From Planctomycetota bacterium (GTDB lineage Bacteria > Planctomycetota > B15-G4 > JADJEK01), in NCBI GenBank assembly GCA_044225365.1, contig JBGAIQ010000040.1:1-53804 (forward strand): DNA of 53,804 nt. The letters run 5' to 3'. A program made the translations under genes and the position numbers. Positions 8,279 through 18,406 of this stretch are shown here, piece after piece (position 1 is the first letter of the stretch; each line of letters starts with the position of its first letter). The notes under the pieces were generated by a model that searched no databases, was not told where the DNA came from, and was given only the letters and a program-made list of their open reading frames with translations.

Positions 8279-11122
8279 ATGACCGACGATCTCACGCCCC
8301 TCTTCCTTCGCTTTCGCGACTGCGGCGACCCGAACGCGCTGGCGGACGTGTTCGATCGCGTCGCCCTGGATCTGCTCCGAATCGGCCGGCATCTGCTTCG
8401 CGACGAGGCCGCCGCCGAAGACGTCGTGCAGCAGACGTTCGTCACCGCGATCGAGCGCGCCAAGGCGTTCCGCGACGATGCAGCCCTGCGCCCCTGGCTC
8501 TGCGGGATCCTGTTCCGGCACGCACGCAACGAATGGCGCCGCCGGGCTCGACCTCCGGTGGCCGTCTCGCTCGACAACACGCCCTTCGACGCCGCGCGCC
8601 TTGCCGAAGCGAGCGAGATCCGCGCCGCGATCGAGTCCGCGGTGGCGACCCTCGGCGCGCCGTATCGCGAGGTCATCCAGGCGAACCTCCTCGCGGAGGC
8701 CACGGGCCCTGAGATCGCGGAACAGCTCGGGCGAACGCGCGGCCTCGTGCGATTACAGCTCCATCGCGGGTTGCGTTTCGTGCGAGGTCTCCTACCGCGC
8801 GGTCTCGTCGCGTGGGCGCCGATTTCCGCCCCCTCGCTGCGAGAACCACGTGGACTCACGGCGCTTCGAGACGCGTTGCTCTCGTCGGGCACGCGATCGA
8901 CCCTTGCTCCCTCGACTGCGGGAACCCTTGCGATGAGTGTGACGGGGAAGAAGTTCGTCGCCGCCTCCTTGGCCTTGATCCTCCTTCTCAGCGTCGTGGC
9001 GTTGTTCGAGACCCGGACGAGTTCCGGCGACGGCGCCCGGGCGGCCAGATCGCCCGTCCGGGAGATCGCGGCGAACCGCGACAATGCGAGCGCTCCGACG
9101 TCTCCGCTCTTCGATGCGCCCGTTGACCGCGAGGAGATCCCTGCGACGATGGCGCCGGCGACGATCGAAAGGACGATCGTGGGACGCGTCGTCGGCTCGG
9201 GACGATTTCCGGTCGCGAGCGCCGCGGTCGAAGCCCGCGTCGCTGGAGTGCCGATCGCGTCGGCGGTCACCGACCGAAAGGGAGTCTTTCTCGTCGAGTT
9301 GCCGATCACGGCACCGAACTCCGTGGTGCTGCACGTCTTCACGCCCGACGGCCGATGCGTTGCGAAACTTCGTACGCTTCCGCCCACGGGGGAGTGCGAC
9401 GCAGGCACGATCGTCCTCGAGGGCGGCGGGAGGTTGCGAGTGATGGTGACCGCCGAGGGAACCCCGGTCGGTGGTGTCGTCGTGGATCTCGATCGCCGTC
9501 CCGGCCTGCGCGTCGCGACGGGGCGCACCAATCCCGCGGGCGTCGTATCGTTCGAGCATCTGCCGAGCGGGACGATCGATCTCGTCGCCCGGGCGCAAGG
9601 GGGAGAAGCGTTCGGTCGCGCGGTGATCCCTGAAGAATCGGACGCTCTGCTCGCGATCGACCCGGGCCAGGATTACGAAGTGTCGGTCCGCGACGCCGAG
9701 ACGAAGCGGCCGATCCCCGATGCGATCGTCGGACTCTCGCGTGGGATCCACGGAAGCGGCGGTCTCGAATTCGACACCGGCGGTGACGACCGGCTCTTTC
9801 GAATCGACGGCGACTACCTCATGAACATCCCTGCGCCGGGAATGGAGACGCGGGCCGACGCAGCGGGGCGGGTCGTCTTTCGGTCCCTATCGAAAGCCGG
9901 AAACTATTCATGGATCGCGCGGGCCCCGGGTTTCGTTCCCGTCGGCGATGGACCGAAGGTCGACCCCTCGGTGAGGAGCTACACGATCGAACTGCGTCCT
10001 TCCTCGAGAAGGACCGTGCGATTCCCCGTCGAAGCGGGCGACTCGCCGATCCCCAGAGCGGCGACGCCGCTCGCTCTCTCGACGCTTCCCGGTCATACCC
10101 GCGGCCCGAGTGCCGAACGGAACACGCTTGGGATGATGGGGAACGGGGAAATCGTCGTCGAGGACGTCGAAGGCCCAGCCGTCCTCGAGGCGCGCACCCC
10201 AGAGGGCGGCGCCGCGATCCTCGAAGTCGAGGACGGATCGATCGAAGGCCGACCGACGCAATTCACGCGCCTGCGGAAGGTCAAAGTGCACGTGGTGGAC
10301 GCCGACGGGATTCCCCTGAAGAGCGCGTCGATCCAGGCTCGGTGCGTGAGACAACCTCTTGGTGCCCGGGTGCCGCTCGACCTTGCGGGTCGAGCGACGC
10401 TGGTCGGTCTCTCCCCCTTCGTCTCGACGCAGATCTACCTCTGCATGGAGACCGCCGATGGCAGAGTCGACGAGCGACGGATCGCCTCTCTCGAGCCGCG
10501 GACGGGCGATCGCGATCTCGAGTATTCCTTGCCGCGCACCTCGCGAGTTCGATTACGCCTTCATCGGGACGGGAAACTCGAACTTCCCTCGAGTTACGAC
10601 GTGAAGGCGATCGGTCGCGTGTGTCGCGTCATCGCGGAGGATCCCGAGAAAGGAGAACTGCTCGTCGAGTTCGACATCGAGGCGCGCGGAGCATCCGCAT
10701 CGGAAATCGAGGTTGAATACCCGCGCCCCGCAAACCCGGACTTGGTGCGAATCGATGTCGATGCCAGAGCGATCCGTGGCTCCGTTCATGCGGTGCCCGC
10801 GACCGGCGGCGAGGTACCGGTCGTCGACGTCGAACTGATTTCCGAGTTCGGAACGCTCGATGTCGTCGTCGACCGAGCGCGGGGAGCCCGGATCGGGATT
10901 CGTGTCGATCGATTCGACGCGGAGAAAGGCGAGTATGCGCCCTTCGAGCCACGAGATGGGTCAGGAAACAGGGACCCGAACGGTCCTGGAGATACCTTTC
11001 GTTTCGACTGCGTCCGCCCGGGACGCTACCGCGCCATGGATACGGTCTCGGGCGCCGTATCCGACGCGATGGAGATCACCGCCGGCATGACGAGTCGGGC
11101 GAAGCTCACGATTCCGAAGTGA
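8279..11122 (+). CDS. ECF sigma factor fused via one TM helix to carboxypeptidase-regulatory-like beta-sandwich repeats (paralog 1)
   Basis: Region 2 AEDVVQQTFVTA...LRPWLCGI, region 4 PEIAEQLGRTRGLVRLQLHRGL, TM KKFVAASLALILLLSVVALF, repeats of GRVV...PVASA.V...TD..G.F; start set at ATG 8279. Confidence 0.85.
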   Translation: MTDDLTPLFLRFRDCGDPNALADVFDRVALDLLRIGRHLLRDEAAAEDVVQQTFVTAIERAKAFRDDAALRPWLCGILFRHARNEWRRRARPPVAVSLDNTPFDAARLAEASEIRAAIESAVATLGAPYREVIQANLLAEATGPEIAEQLGRTRGLVRLQLHRGLRFVRGLLPRGLVAWAPISAPSLREPRGLTALRDALLSSGTRSTLAPSTAGTLAMSVTGKKFVAASLALILLLSVVALFETRTSSGDGARAARSPVREIAANRDNASAPTSPLFDAPVDREEIPATMAPATIERTIVGRVVGSGRFPVASAAVEARVAGVPIASAVTDRKGVFLVELPITAPNSVVLHVFTPDGRCVAKLRTLPPTGECDAGTIVLEGGGRLRVMVTAEGTPVGGVVVDLDRRPGLRVATGRTNPAGVVSFEHLPSGTIDLVARAQGGEAFGRAVIPEESDALLAIDPGQDYEVSVRDAETKRPIPDAIVGLSRGIHGSGGLEFDTGGDDRLFRIDGDYLMNIPAPGMETRADAAGRVVFRSLSKAGNYSWIARAPGFVPVGDGPKVDPSVRSYTIELRPSSRRTVRFPVEAGDSPIPRAATPLALSTLPGHTRGPSAERNTLGMMGNGEIVVEDVEGPAVLEARTPEGGAAILEVEDGSIEGRPTQFTRLRKVKVHVVDADGIPLKSASIQARCVRQPLGARVPLDLAGRATLVGLSPFVSTQIYLCMETADGRVDERRIASLEPRTGDRDLEYSLPRTSRVRLRLHRDGKLELPSSYDVKAIGRVCRVIAEDPEKGELLVEFDIEARGASASEIEVEYPRPANPDLVRIDVDARAIRGSVHAVPATGGEVPVVDVELISEFGTLDVVVDRARGARIGIRVDRFDAEKGEYAPFEPRDGSGNRDPNGPGDTFRFDCVRPGRYRAMDTVSGAVSDAMEITAGMTSRAKLTIPK

Positions 11123-11152
11123 GCGATCGATCTCGCTCTGCGAATGAAATCC

Positions 11153-11179
11153 GGCAACGCGGACTTCGCGAGCGACAAT
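11153..11179 (+). promoter_or_regulatory. Bipartite promoter-like motif, ECF fusion 2
   Basis: GGCAAC-N13-GCGACAAT-N7-GTG. Confidence 0.65.
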
Positions 11180-11186
11180 AAGGGGC

Positions 11187-14027
11187 GTGACGAACGACCC
11201 CCTCACGCGACGATTCGAGGACTTTCGCGATCACGGCGACGCCGCGGCACTCGCCGAGGTATTCGATTCGACCGCGACAGGATTGCTGCGCGTCGCGATG
11301 CACCTGCTGCGGGATCGGAACAGCGCCGAGGATCTCGTCCAGCAGACCTATCTGACGGCGATCGAGCGCGCCGCGACGTTTCGAGATTCTGCCGCGATAC
11401 GGCCGTGGCTGTTCGGCATCCTGCTTCGACACGCGCAGAACGAGCGGCGGCGGCGCAATCGATCGAGTTCACCCGTCGCGCTCGACGGCATCGAGGTCTC
11501 GGATGCGACCGTCCAACTCGCATTGGAGCGATTGGAGTTCGCGGAGACACGGCGTGCGGTCGAGGCGGCGCTCAGCAGCATCGAGTCGCCCTTTAGAGAA
11601 GTCGTCGCGGCAAGTCTCTTCGAGGATTCGACACCAGGCGAGATCGCTTCGAGTCTCCACCGCACACCGGCGCTCGTGCGATCCCAACTCTTTCGGGGTC
11701 TGAGATTCCTTCGCGGATTGCTGCCGCGTGGGTGGACCATCGTTGCGCCGAGTGGCCTCGGCGAGCTACGGCGTGCGGTTCTGGCGCATGCCGGACTCAC
11801 GGGCGCAGGCGCACGACTCGGGAAAGGATGGCTCGTGAACTCCGTGGGGAAGAAGCTCGCTTCCGTGGCCGTGATGGTGGTCACAGTCCTTTGTGCCGTC
11901 ATCGTGATCGAGGTTCGACGCAACGGAGTGAATTCGCACTCTGGGGACTCGAGCACGGCTCCGCCGGTCGTAGAACTCCGCGACGCGCCCGCGCTCACGG
12001 CCTCGATCGATTCCAATTCCATTCCGAATCGAACCGAGGTCGCCGCGACGAACTCGGACGTGATCGGACCGCGCTCACTCGTGGGACTCGTCTTGGGCGT
12101 GGGGCGATTCCCGGTCGCGAACGCCCGGGTAGAGGCTCGCGTCGAGGGCCGCGCGATCTCTGCGTCCCAGACGGACTCGACGGGGCGCTTCTCGGTCTTC
12201 CTCGCTCCCAGCGCGCTGTCTCACGTCGTGCTCTACGTCTCGTCCGAGGACGGTCGATGCACGGCGAAAAGCCGCAAGGCCGACCACGATGGCGAATGCG
12301 ATGCGGGAACGATCCTGCTCGATGCGGGCGGATCGCTCGCCGTTCGAGTCGAGGTCGCGGGCCAACCCGTCGCCGATGCGACCGTGATGCTCGATCGGCG
12401 CCCGTGGTTCCACATCGCAACGGAGTCCACCGACGTCACGGGGGTCGCGCGTTTCGAGCACGTCCCGAGCGGCATCTTCGATCTTCGAGCCTCTGGAGTC
12501 GGCGGCGAAGCCCGAGGGCGGGCGCTCGTCCCGGACGAGAACGCGGTCGAATTGACTCTGGAGCCCGGATTCGATGTCGACGTCTTCGTTGCCGACGCGA
12601 CGACCAAGGCGCCGATTCCAGCCGCGACCGTGACGCTGCAGCACCGAATCTCGGGTTGGGGACGACTCGAGACCGAATGGGGCGACGACGATCGGGTTTG
12701 GCGTACGGAAGGGTCCTACGAGTTCGTCAATTCGTCTCCACACGACACGTTTGCGGCGGACTCCGACGGGCACGTGCGCCTCTTCGGACTCGCGGCTCAA
12801 GGTTCGTATTCGGTGACCGCACGAGCGGACGGCTACGCGCCGCTCGAGCCCGGCGATTCGGGATCGCTCGATCGCGAGTCGAAGTCGAAACGGATCGAGT
12901 TGCGACGCTTGACGAAGCGATCCGTGCGTTTCGAGGTTCGTGCCGGCGAGGCGCCGATTCCCGTCGCTGGAACTCCGCTCCACCTCACGATCCGTTCGCG
13001 TTCGGCGTCGAGGGAGATCGACTTGCCCATGGGCGCGAACGAGATCGTCGTTCCCGACGTGGAAGGTGACGCAACGATCGACGCTCGAGCGGCGGATGGC
13101 CTCGTCGCTCACATGAGCGTCACCGAGGACGCGATCGAGGGTCCCGCGACGCGATTCGATCGCACGCGCACGGTTCGCGTTCACGTGCTCGACAGCGTGG
13201 GAGGTCCTCTCGATGGTGGTGTCGTCTTCTCCAACGACACGGGCAGTGGAAGCGAGGTGTCGGCCGTACTCGATTCGACGGGCCGAGCCGAACTGAGCGG
13301 GCTGATCGCAGGCCAGGTGAAGGTCAGCCTTCGCTTCTCGACGCCGACCTCCTCGAAGCAACCCGACGAGCGCGAGATCGGTCGCGTCGAGCTGTACCAG
13401 CACGACGAGGAACTGGAATACGTGATGCCAGTGACGGGGATCGCGCGCTTTCGCCTTCTCCACGAAGGGCAACCCCAGTTGCCGCTGAGTTATGAAGTGC
13501 GCTCGCCCGCGGGCATCCGGTGTCGCGTCCTGGACGAGTCTCCAGTGACAGGAATCGTTCGGGTCGCGTTCGACATCGCCGCGAAGGGAATCGGCAAGAA
13601 TCCCCCGGTGTACTTCGATTCGCTTCTTGGCGGCGATCCCGACTCGATCTTCGTCGATATCACGGGTCCAGGTTCACTCCTCGGCCAAACGCGAGTCGTG
13701 CCGGCGACGGGTGGTGAGGGTCCGCTGGTCGACGTCGAGATGATCAGCAGGCTCGCAACTCTCGATGTCGTCGTCGAACGCCCCAAGGGTAAGCCCGTGC
13801 GCATCCGTCTCGAACGATTCGACCCTGCCAAGGGCACCTTCGAATCCGCATCGAAGACCGAATCGTCGCCGGCCTGGCGACCGAATGGGCCGGGCGATAC
13901 TTTTCGGTTCTTCGAGTTGCGGCCGGGGAGGTATCGCGCGAGAGACGAGGCGTCCGGTGTCGTCTCCGAGAGCGTCGACGTTTCGCCGGGCGTGAAGAGT
14001 CGTGCGAAGCTCGTCCTGCCGCAGTGA
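11187..14027 (+). CDS. ECF sigma-TM-beta-sandwich repeat fusion (paralog 2)
   Basis: AEDLVQQTYLTAIERA, GEIASSLHRTPALVRSQLFRGL, TM KKLASVAVMVVTVLCAVIVI; collinear with paralog 1 to the C-terminal PNGPGDTFRF. Confidence 0.85.
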   Translation: MTNDPLTRRFEDFRDHGDAAALAEVFDSTATGLLRVAMHLLRDRNSAEDLVQQTYLTAIERAATFRDSAAIRPWLFGILLRHAQNERRRRNRSSSPVALDGIEVSDATVQLALERLEFAETRRAVEAALSSIESPFREVVAASLFEDSTPGEIASSLHRTPALVRSQLFRGLRFLRGLLPRGWTIVAPSGLGELRRAVLAHAGLTGAGARLGKGWLVNSVGKKLASVAVMVVTVLCAVIVIEVRRNGVNSHSGDSSTAPPVVELRDAPALTASIDSNSIPNRTEVAATNSDVIGPRSLVGLVLGVGRFPVANARVEARVEGRAISASQTDSTGRFSVFLAPSALSHVVLYVSSEDGRCTAKSRKADHDGECDAGTILLDAGGSLAVRVEVAGQPVADATVMLDRRPWFHIATESTDVTGVARFEHVPSGIFDLRASGVGGEARGRALVPDENAVELTLEPGFDVDVFVADATTKAPIPAATVTLQHRISGWGRLETEWGDDDRVWRTEGSYEFVNSSPHDTFAADSDGHVRLFGLAAQGSYSVTARADGYAPLEPGDSGSLDRESKSKRIELRRLTKRSVRFEVRAGEAPIPVAGTPLHLTIRSRSASREIDLPMGANEIVVPDVEGDATIDARAADGLVAHMSVTEDAIEGPATRFDRTRTVRVHVLDSVGGPLDGGVVFSNDTGSGSEVSAVLDSTGRAELSGLIAGQVKVSLRFSTPTSSKQPDEREIGRVELYQHDEELEYVMPVTGIARFRLLHEGQPQLPLSYEVRSPAGIRCRVLDESPVTGIVRVAFDIAAKGIGKNPPVYFDSLLGGDPDSIFVDITGPGSLLGQTRVVPATGGEGPLVDVEMISRLATLDVVVERPKGKPVRIRLERFDPAKGTFESASKTESSPAWRPNGPGDTFRFFELRPGRYRARDEASGVVSESVDVSPGVKSRAKLVLPQ

Positions 14028-14109
14028 CTCGCCGGTAGCCCGAGTGCCGCCCGACGGCGACTTCCCGATTCGACTCGCCGCGTTCTTCCACGAAGATCCT
14101 GGAAAATCC

Positions 14110-14136
14110 GGTCAGGCATCCCGCATCCGCGACAAT
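14110..14136 (+). promoter_or_regulatory. Bipartite promoter-like motif, ECF fusion 3
   Basis: GGTCAG-N13-GCGACAAT-N7-GTG; hexamer deviates but is preceded by AAATCC as in copy 2. Confidence 0.55.
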
Positions 14137-14143
14137 GCACGGT

Positions 14144-16963
14144 GTGACGCCCGATGAACTGACTCGCAGCTACATTCGCTTCCGCGATCGCGGCGATCCC
14201 GCGGCGCTCGCCCGCGTGTTCGACGCGACGGCGCCGGCGTTGCTCGCGGTCGCTCGCCATCTCCTCTCGGAAGCGAGCGCGGCCGAAGACCTCGTCCAGC
14301 AGACCTTCCTCACCGCCATCGAACGGGCTTCGGCGTTTCGGGACGGCGCGCCCGTTCGCCCGTGGCTCTTCGGGATCCTCGTGAGGCACGTGCACAATGA
14401 ACGAAGGCGGCGCGCTCGCTCACGCATGGAATTGGCGGGCGACGTCTCTGAAGTCCCTTCGATCGATGAAGGAGCTGCGATGGGCGTCCTCGCCGCGATC
14501 GAGTGCGCGGAGACCCGCGCCGAGATCGAGCGGGCGATCTCGGAGATCGCCTCCCCGTTCAGGGAAGTCGTCGCGGCGAGCGTGCTGGAGGGCGCGTCCG
14601 CGGGCGAGATCGCGACGCGACTCCAGCGGACGCCCGGTCTCGTGTATTCGCAACTGCATCGCGGTCTGCGATTCCTCCGCGGCCTCCTCGCGGTCGGGTT
14701 CGCGCCGATCGTGCCGCGGGAGATGGAACGAATGCGATCGCGCGTGCTCGATACCGCCATGCGCGCCAAGGCTCGGTCGGCCCCAGAGCAGGCGGCCGCC
14801 GCCGCTCGCCGCATGCATCCGTTTCTCATCCGCGCCGCGATCCTCGCGATCGGCGGCGGGCTTGGTGCAGGAGCGCTTCTCTTCGCTCTTCATCAGGGTC
14901 CCGAGATCCCGTCGATCGAGGAACTGCGTTTTCCGGCGGCTCGCGCCGTTGCTGCTGCCTCGGTCCCTGATCCCGTCGAAGCCGCGGTCGTTCGCGAGGA
15001 AGTTCAATCGCAATCGAGTGACGCCCGAATGACGATCGAGGGTCGAGTCGTCGGCTCCGGGCGATTCGCCGTGAGTGGAGCGGAGGTGGAGGCGCGGATG
15101 GCGGGAGTTCTCATCGCCCGCACGACTTCCAACGCGAGCGGCGGGTTCACGATTCGATTCGACGAGCCGTTGACCGGAGGTGTCGCCTTGATTGCGCGCA
15201 CGAACGACGGGCGATCGGGCTTGGCGTCGTGCTCGCGGACGGGTGTTCGTTCGTTCGAGGCGGTCATCCCGGTCGAACGAACGAAGGACCTGAAGGTCTC
15301 CGTGCTGCAGGACGGGGCCGCGGTCGAAGGCGCAGACGTCGATCTCCAATACGGCGCCCCGTTCTGGCAGACCGCCCTCGCGGCTACGACGCGCCGAGAT
15401 GGCGTCGCCCAGTTCGCATCGCCTCCACCCGGTCTCGTGTCCATTCGAGCCCGGCATCACGGAAGCTTCGGTCGGGTCTGCGCGGTACTCCCGGATGAGG
15501 ACTCGATCACGCTCGAGCTCCACCGTGGGGTCGACTTCGTGATGCAAGTGACGAACTCCGTGACGAAGGAACCGATCGCCGGCGCCGCGGTCGCCGTTCT
15601 GGAATCGGTTCCATCCCCGATCGCGAGCCCATTCGATTCGCGACCGAGGCTGATGCAGGAACTCGCGGTGCCGTTACCCGTGACCGGCATCGATGGACGA
15701 AACGCAGCCGCCGTGCTGACGGATGAGAAAGGCTTCGCGCGAGGAACGGCCCTGCGGTCGGAGGCAGATGCCGCCGTTCGTTTCTCGATCCGGGCGCCGG
15801 GATTCGAGCCGAGCGTCGCTACCTTCCCGATTCCGCCCGATCCGAGTGAGGCCGGGCATGTCGCGATGGAGATGTCGCCCGTCGCCGTCCGCCCCGTCCT
15901 CTTTCGAATCGTTTCCGGCGCGCTTCCGGCGCCACGAAACGGCACACGAGTGTGGGTCCATGAACGTGCCGACCTGGGCGCCGCCGACCTGGACTTGGTG
16001 AGGCGATTCGATCCGTTGAGCCTCACGATCGAGAACGGATGCCTGCTCATTCCGCGATGGGAAGGCGAGGGCGACTTCCGCGCAACAACGGACGACGGGG
16101 CCGTTGCCATGCTCCACGTCGATCGAAGTAGTGCGGTCGGGCGCGATGCAGCTTTCGATCGACTCGCGAACGCAACGCTGCGTCTCTTGGATTTCGAGTC
16201 GAAGGCTCTCGCGGGGCAACGCCTGAAGTTGCAGCAGGGATCACGAACGAACTGGACCGAGTTCGGGTCGGGTCTCACGAACGAACAGGGAATCGTCACG
16301 ATCGAAGACCTTCCCCGGGAGGAATTCGACGTGCAGTGGGAGGAGATCACTTCGATCGGAGCGGGCGTGATCGTGGGTGCCGTCGATCTGCGCGCGGGAA
16401 ACGCTTCGGCGGATCTCGTGATGCCGAGAACCGCGATCGTTCGGCTGCGGATCCGTACCGACGGAGTCTTCGAGCTCCCGTTGCAATACAACTTGGCGGC
16501 GTCCAGGACGCCGTGCCCCATCCTGAACGAGGATCCGCGACGCGGCGAGCTGAGCGTGGGTTTCGTCGTGGGGGCCGGCGAGGAGGGTCTTCCGATCCAC
16601 ATCGTCGTCGAGGGACGGGATCGGGTGCCGGCCGCGATCGAAGTCGTGCCGTTGCGCGATCGTGAAGCGCCGGAGGTCGTGATGGATCTCGCTCGCAGCG
16701 GCACACTCGATATCGAAGTGCGGCGGCCTGGGGGGCAGGTCGCGGGCGTTCGACTGGAGCGGATGCGGCCGGGGCCCGGCGACTCGGCGAAGCTCGAACC
16801 GACATCCGGCGCGGCTCGGACCGTGCCGAACGGGCCTCACGGGACGTTCCGTTTCGAGAATCTCGAAGCCGGAATCTATCGGGCGATCGACGAGCGGTCG
16901 CAGGCCGTTTCGGAAGCGGTCGAAGTGGGCGCGGGCACGATTGCGCGGGCGCGACTCGAGTAG
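14144..16963 (+). CDS. ECF sigma-TM-beta-sandwich repeat fusion (paralog 3)
   Basis: AEDLVQQTFLTAIERA, GEIATRLQRTPGLVYSQLHRGL, hydrophobic AAILAIGGGLGAGALLFAL, C-terminal PNGPHGTFRF; GTG 14144 aligns with the paralog starts. Confidence 0.85.
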   Translation: MTPDELTRSYIRFRDRGDPAALARVFDATAPALLAVARHLLSEASAAEDLVQQTFLTAIERASAFRDGAPVRPWLFGILVRHVHNERRRRARSRMELAGDVSEVPSIDEGAAMGVLAAIECAETRAEIERAISEIASPFREVVAASVLEGASAGEIATRLQRTPGLVYSQLHRGLRFLRGLLAVGFAPIVPREMERMRSRVLDTAMRAKARSAPEQAAAAARRMHPFLIRAAILAIGGGLGAGALLFALHQGPEIPSIEELRFPAARAVAAASVPDPVEAAVVREEVQSQSSDARMTIEGRVVGSGRFAVSGAEVEARMAGVLIARTTSNASGGFTIRFDEPLTGGVALIARTNDGRSGLASCSRTGVRSFEAVIPVERTKDLKVSVLQDGAAVEGADVDLQYGAPFWQTALAATTRRDGVAQFASPPPGLVSIRARHHGSFGRVCAVLPDEDSITLELHRGVDFVMQVTNSVTKEPIAGAAVAVLESVPSPIASPFDSRPRLMQELAVPLPVTGIDGRNAAAVLTDEKGFARGTALRSEADAAVRFSIRAPGFEPSVATFPIPPDPSEAGHVAMEMSPVAVRPVLFRIVSGALPAPRNGTRVWVHERADLGAADLDLVRRFDPLSLTIENGCLLIPRWEGEGDFRATTDDGAVAMLHVDRSSAVGRDAAFDRLANATLRLLDFESKALAGQRLKLQQGSRTNWTEFGSGLTNEQGIVTIEDLPREEFDVQWEEITSIGAGVIVGAVDLRAGNASADLVMPRTAIVRLRIRTDGVFELPLQYNLAASRTPCPILNEDPRRGELSVGFVVGAGEEGLPIHIVVEGRDRVPAAIEVVPLRDREAPEVVMDLARSGTLDIEVRRPGGQVAGVRLERMRPGPGDSAKLEPTSGAARTVPNGPHGTFRFENLEAGIYRAIDERSQAVSEAVEVGAGTIARARLE

Positions 16964-17051
16964 GCGAAAAGGGCGAATCGATCCGTAGAATGCGTCGCCG
17001 CACGATCGGGCGCGCCGTGCCGCTGTCGCGCGCCCTACGAAATGCGCGAGG

Positions 17052-17633
17052 ATGGGCCCTTCGATGAACGTGGAACTCTCACAGCTCTGGCTTCCGATCG
17101 TTTTGTCCGCCGTCTTCGTCTTCCTCGTCAGCTCCATCGTCCACATGGTGCTGCAGGTCCACAAGCACGATTACAAGCCGCTGCCGAACGAGGGCGGCGT
17201 CACGGACGCGCTGCGCAGCCTCGGCGTTGCGCCAGGGGCCTACGTATTCCCGGCGTGCACTTCGATGAAGGACCTCGGCACCGCGGAGATGCAGCAGAAG
17301 TTCGCGCAGGGTCCGGTGGGACACCTGGTGATCCGGCCGAAGGGCATGCCCTCGATGGGCAAGAGTCTGCTGCAGTGGTTCGTGTTCTGCATCGTCGTGT
17401 CGGTCTTCATCGCCTACCTCGGCACGCTCACGATTCCCGCAGGAACCGCCGCGATGCGAGTGTTCCGGATCACCGGGACGGTCGCGGTGCTCGCGTACGG
17501 AGTGACCGGCGTCATGGACTCGATCTGGAAGGGGCTGAGCTGGGGAACGGCGCTGAAGTTCATCGGCGACGGCATCGCCTACGGCCTTGCGACCGCCGCG
17601 ACGTTCGCCTGGCTGTGGCCGCACGCGGGCTGA
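17052..17633 (+). CDS. Hypothetical integral membrane protein
   Basis: About four hydrophobic segments (LWLPIVLSAVFVFLVSSIVHM etc.), strong codon bias; start may be 17064. Confidence 0.75.
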   Translation: MGPSMNVELSQLWLPIVLSAVFVFLVSSIVHMVLQVHKHDYKPLPNEGGVTDALRSLGVAPGAYVFPACTSMKDLGTAEMQQKFAQGPVGHLVIRPKGMPSMGKSLLQWFVFCIVVSVFIAYLGTLTIPAGTAAMRVFRITGTVAVLAYGVTGVMDSIWKGLSWGTALKFIGDGIAYGLATAATFAWLWPHAG

Positions 17634-17792
17634 GCGAAGGATCGCGGCGGCTCCCCCAACGGAATTCAAGAAAAGTCGGCGAATCCCTCCGCTCCGATCG
17701 CGGAAAGGCGTGGATCTCTTCGGACGAAGAGTTCGAAGGCGATTCCGATGCGGGTGGCGATCGATGGCGTCGACGACGGAGCGAACTGCGGC

Positions 17793-18299
17793 CTACAGCC
17801 GTGGTGCGCGCTCGCGCAGTTCGGTCCGCAACCACTTGCGGATCGCCTTGAACTGATCCTCGATCCGTTGCTCGGTGTCGCCAAGCACCTCTCCGATCTC
17901 GCGGCAGGTGTATCCGCCGAAGTACCGCATCTCGACGAGGCGCGCGAGGTGCGCGTCGAGGCCAGCGAGTTTGTCGAGCGCCGCGTGGACGTCGAGGACC
18001 TCCTCCGGGCTCGCGCCGGGGCCGGTCCATGCCGGTTCGACGGCGTCGAGATCCTGGCGTCCGACGCGCCCGCCGCGCTTCACCGCATTGCGTTGCTTTG
18101 CGATGTCGACGAGCGTGTTCCGGAGCGCGCGCGAGGCGTAGGCGAGGAGGTCGGAGCGCTCCTTGGGGAGGTCGTTCTTCCCCTTCAGCAGGTTGACGCA
18201 GGCTTCCTGGACGAGCGAACCGGGATCGATGCCGCCGAATCGTTTGAGTCGCCGCGCTTGCTTCTCGAGTTCCTTGACGACGCTGTCGCTCAACACCAC
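17793..18299 (-). CDS. ECF sigma factor of the kinase-associated type (TIGR02999-like)
   Basis: SLVQEA, ASRALRNTLVDIAKQRNAVKRGG, ALDKLAGLD...LVEMRYFGGYTCREIGEVLG; GTG 18299 follows GGGGAG. Confidence 0.85.
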   Translation of the reverse strand: MVLSDSVVKELEKQARRLKRFGGIDPGSLVQEACVNLLKGKNDLPKERSDLLAYASRALRNTLVDIAKQRNAVKRGGRVGRQDLDAVEPAWTGPGASPEEVLDVHAALDKLAGLDAHLARLVEMRYFGGYTCREIGEVLGDTEQRIEDQFKAIRKWLRTELRERAPRL

Positions 18300-18406
18300 G
18301 TGGACGACTCCCCGAGATTCGGAATCATGCGTACGATATCCGATTCCAGGAGCGAGAACAGCGAGCGACGAAGCGGTTCCTCGTGTTCGTCGCACGGAGG
18401 AGCGTC

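Noticed and set aside
9078-9085. Additional GCGACAAT inside ECF fusion 1
   Set aside because: No AAC-type hexamer 13 nt upstream and it lies mid-CDS; treated as chance
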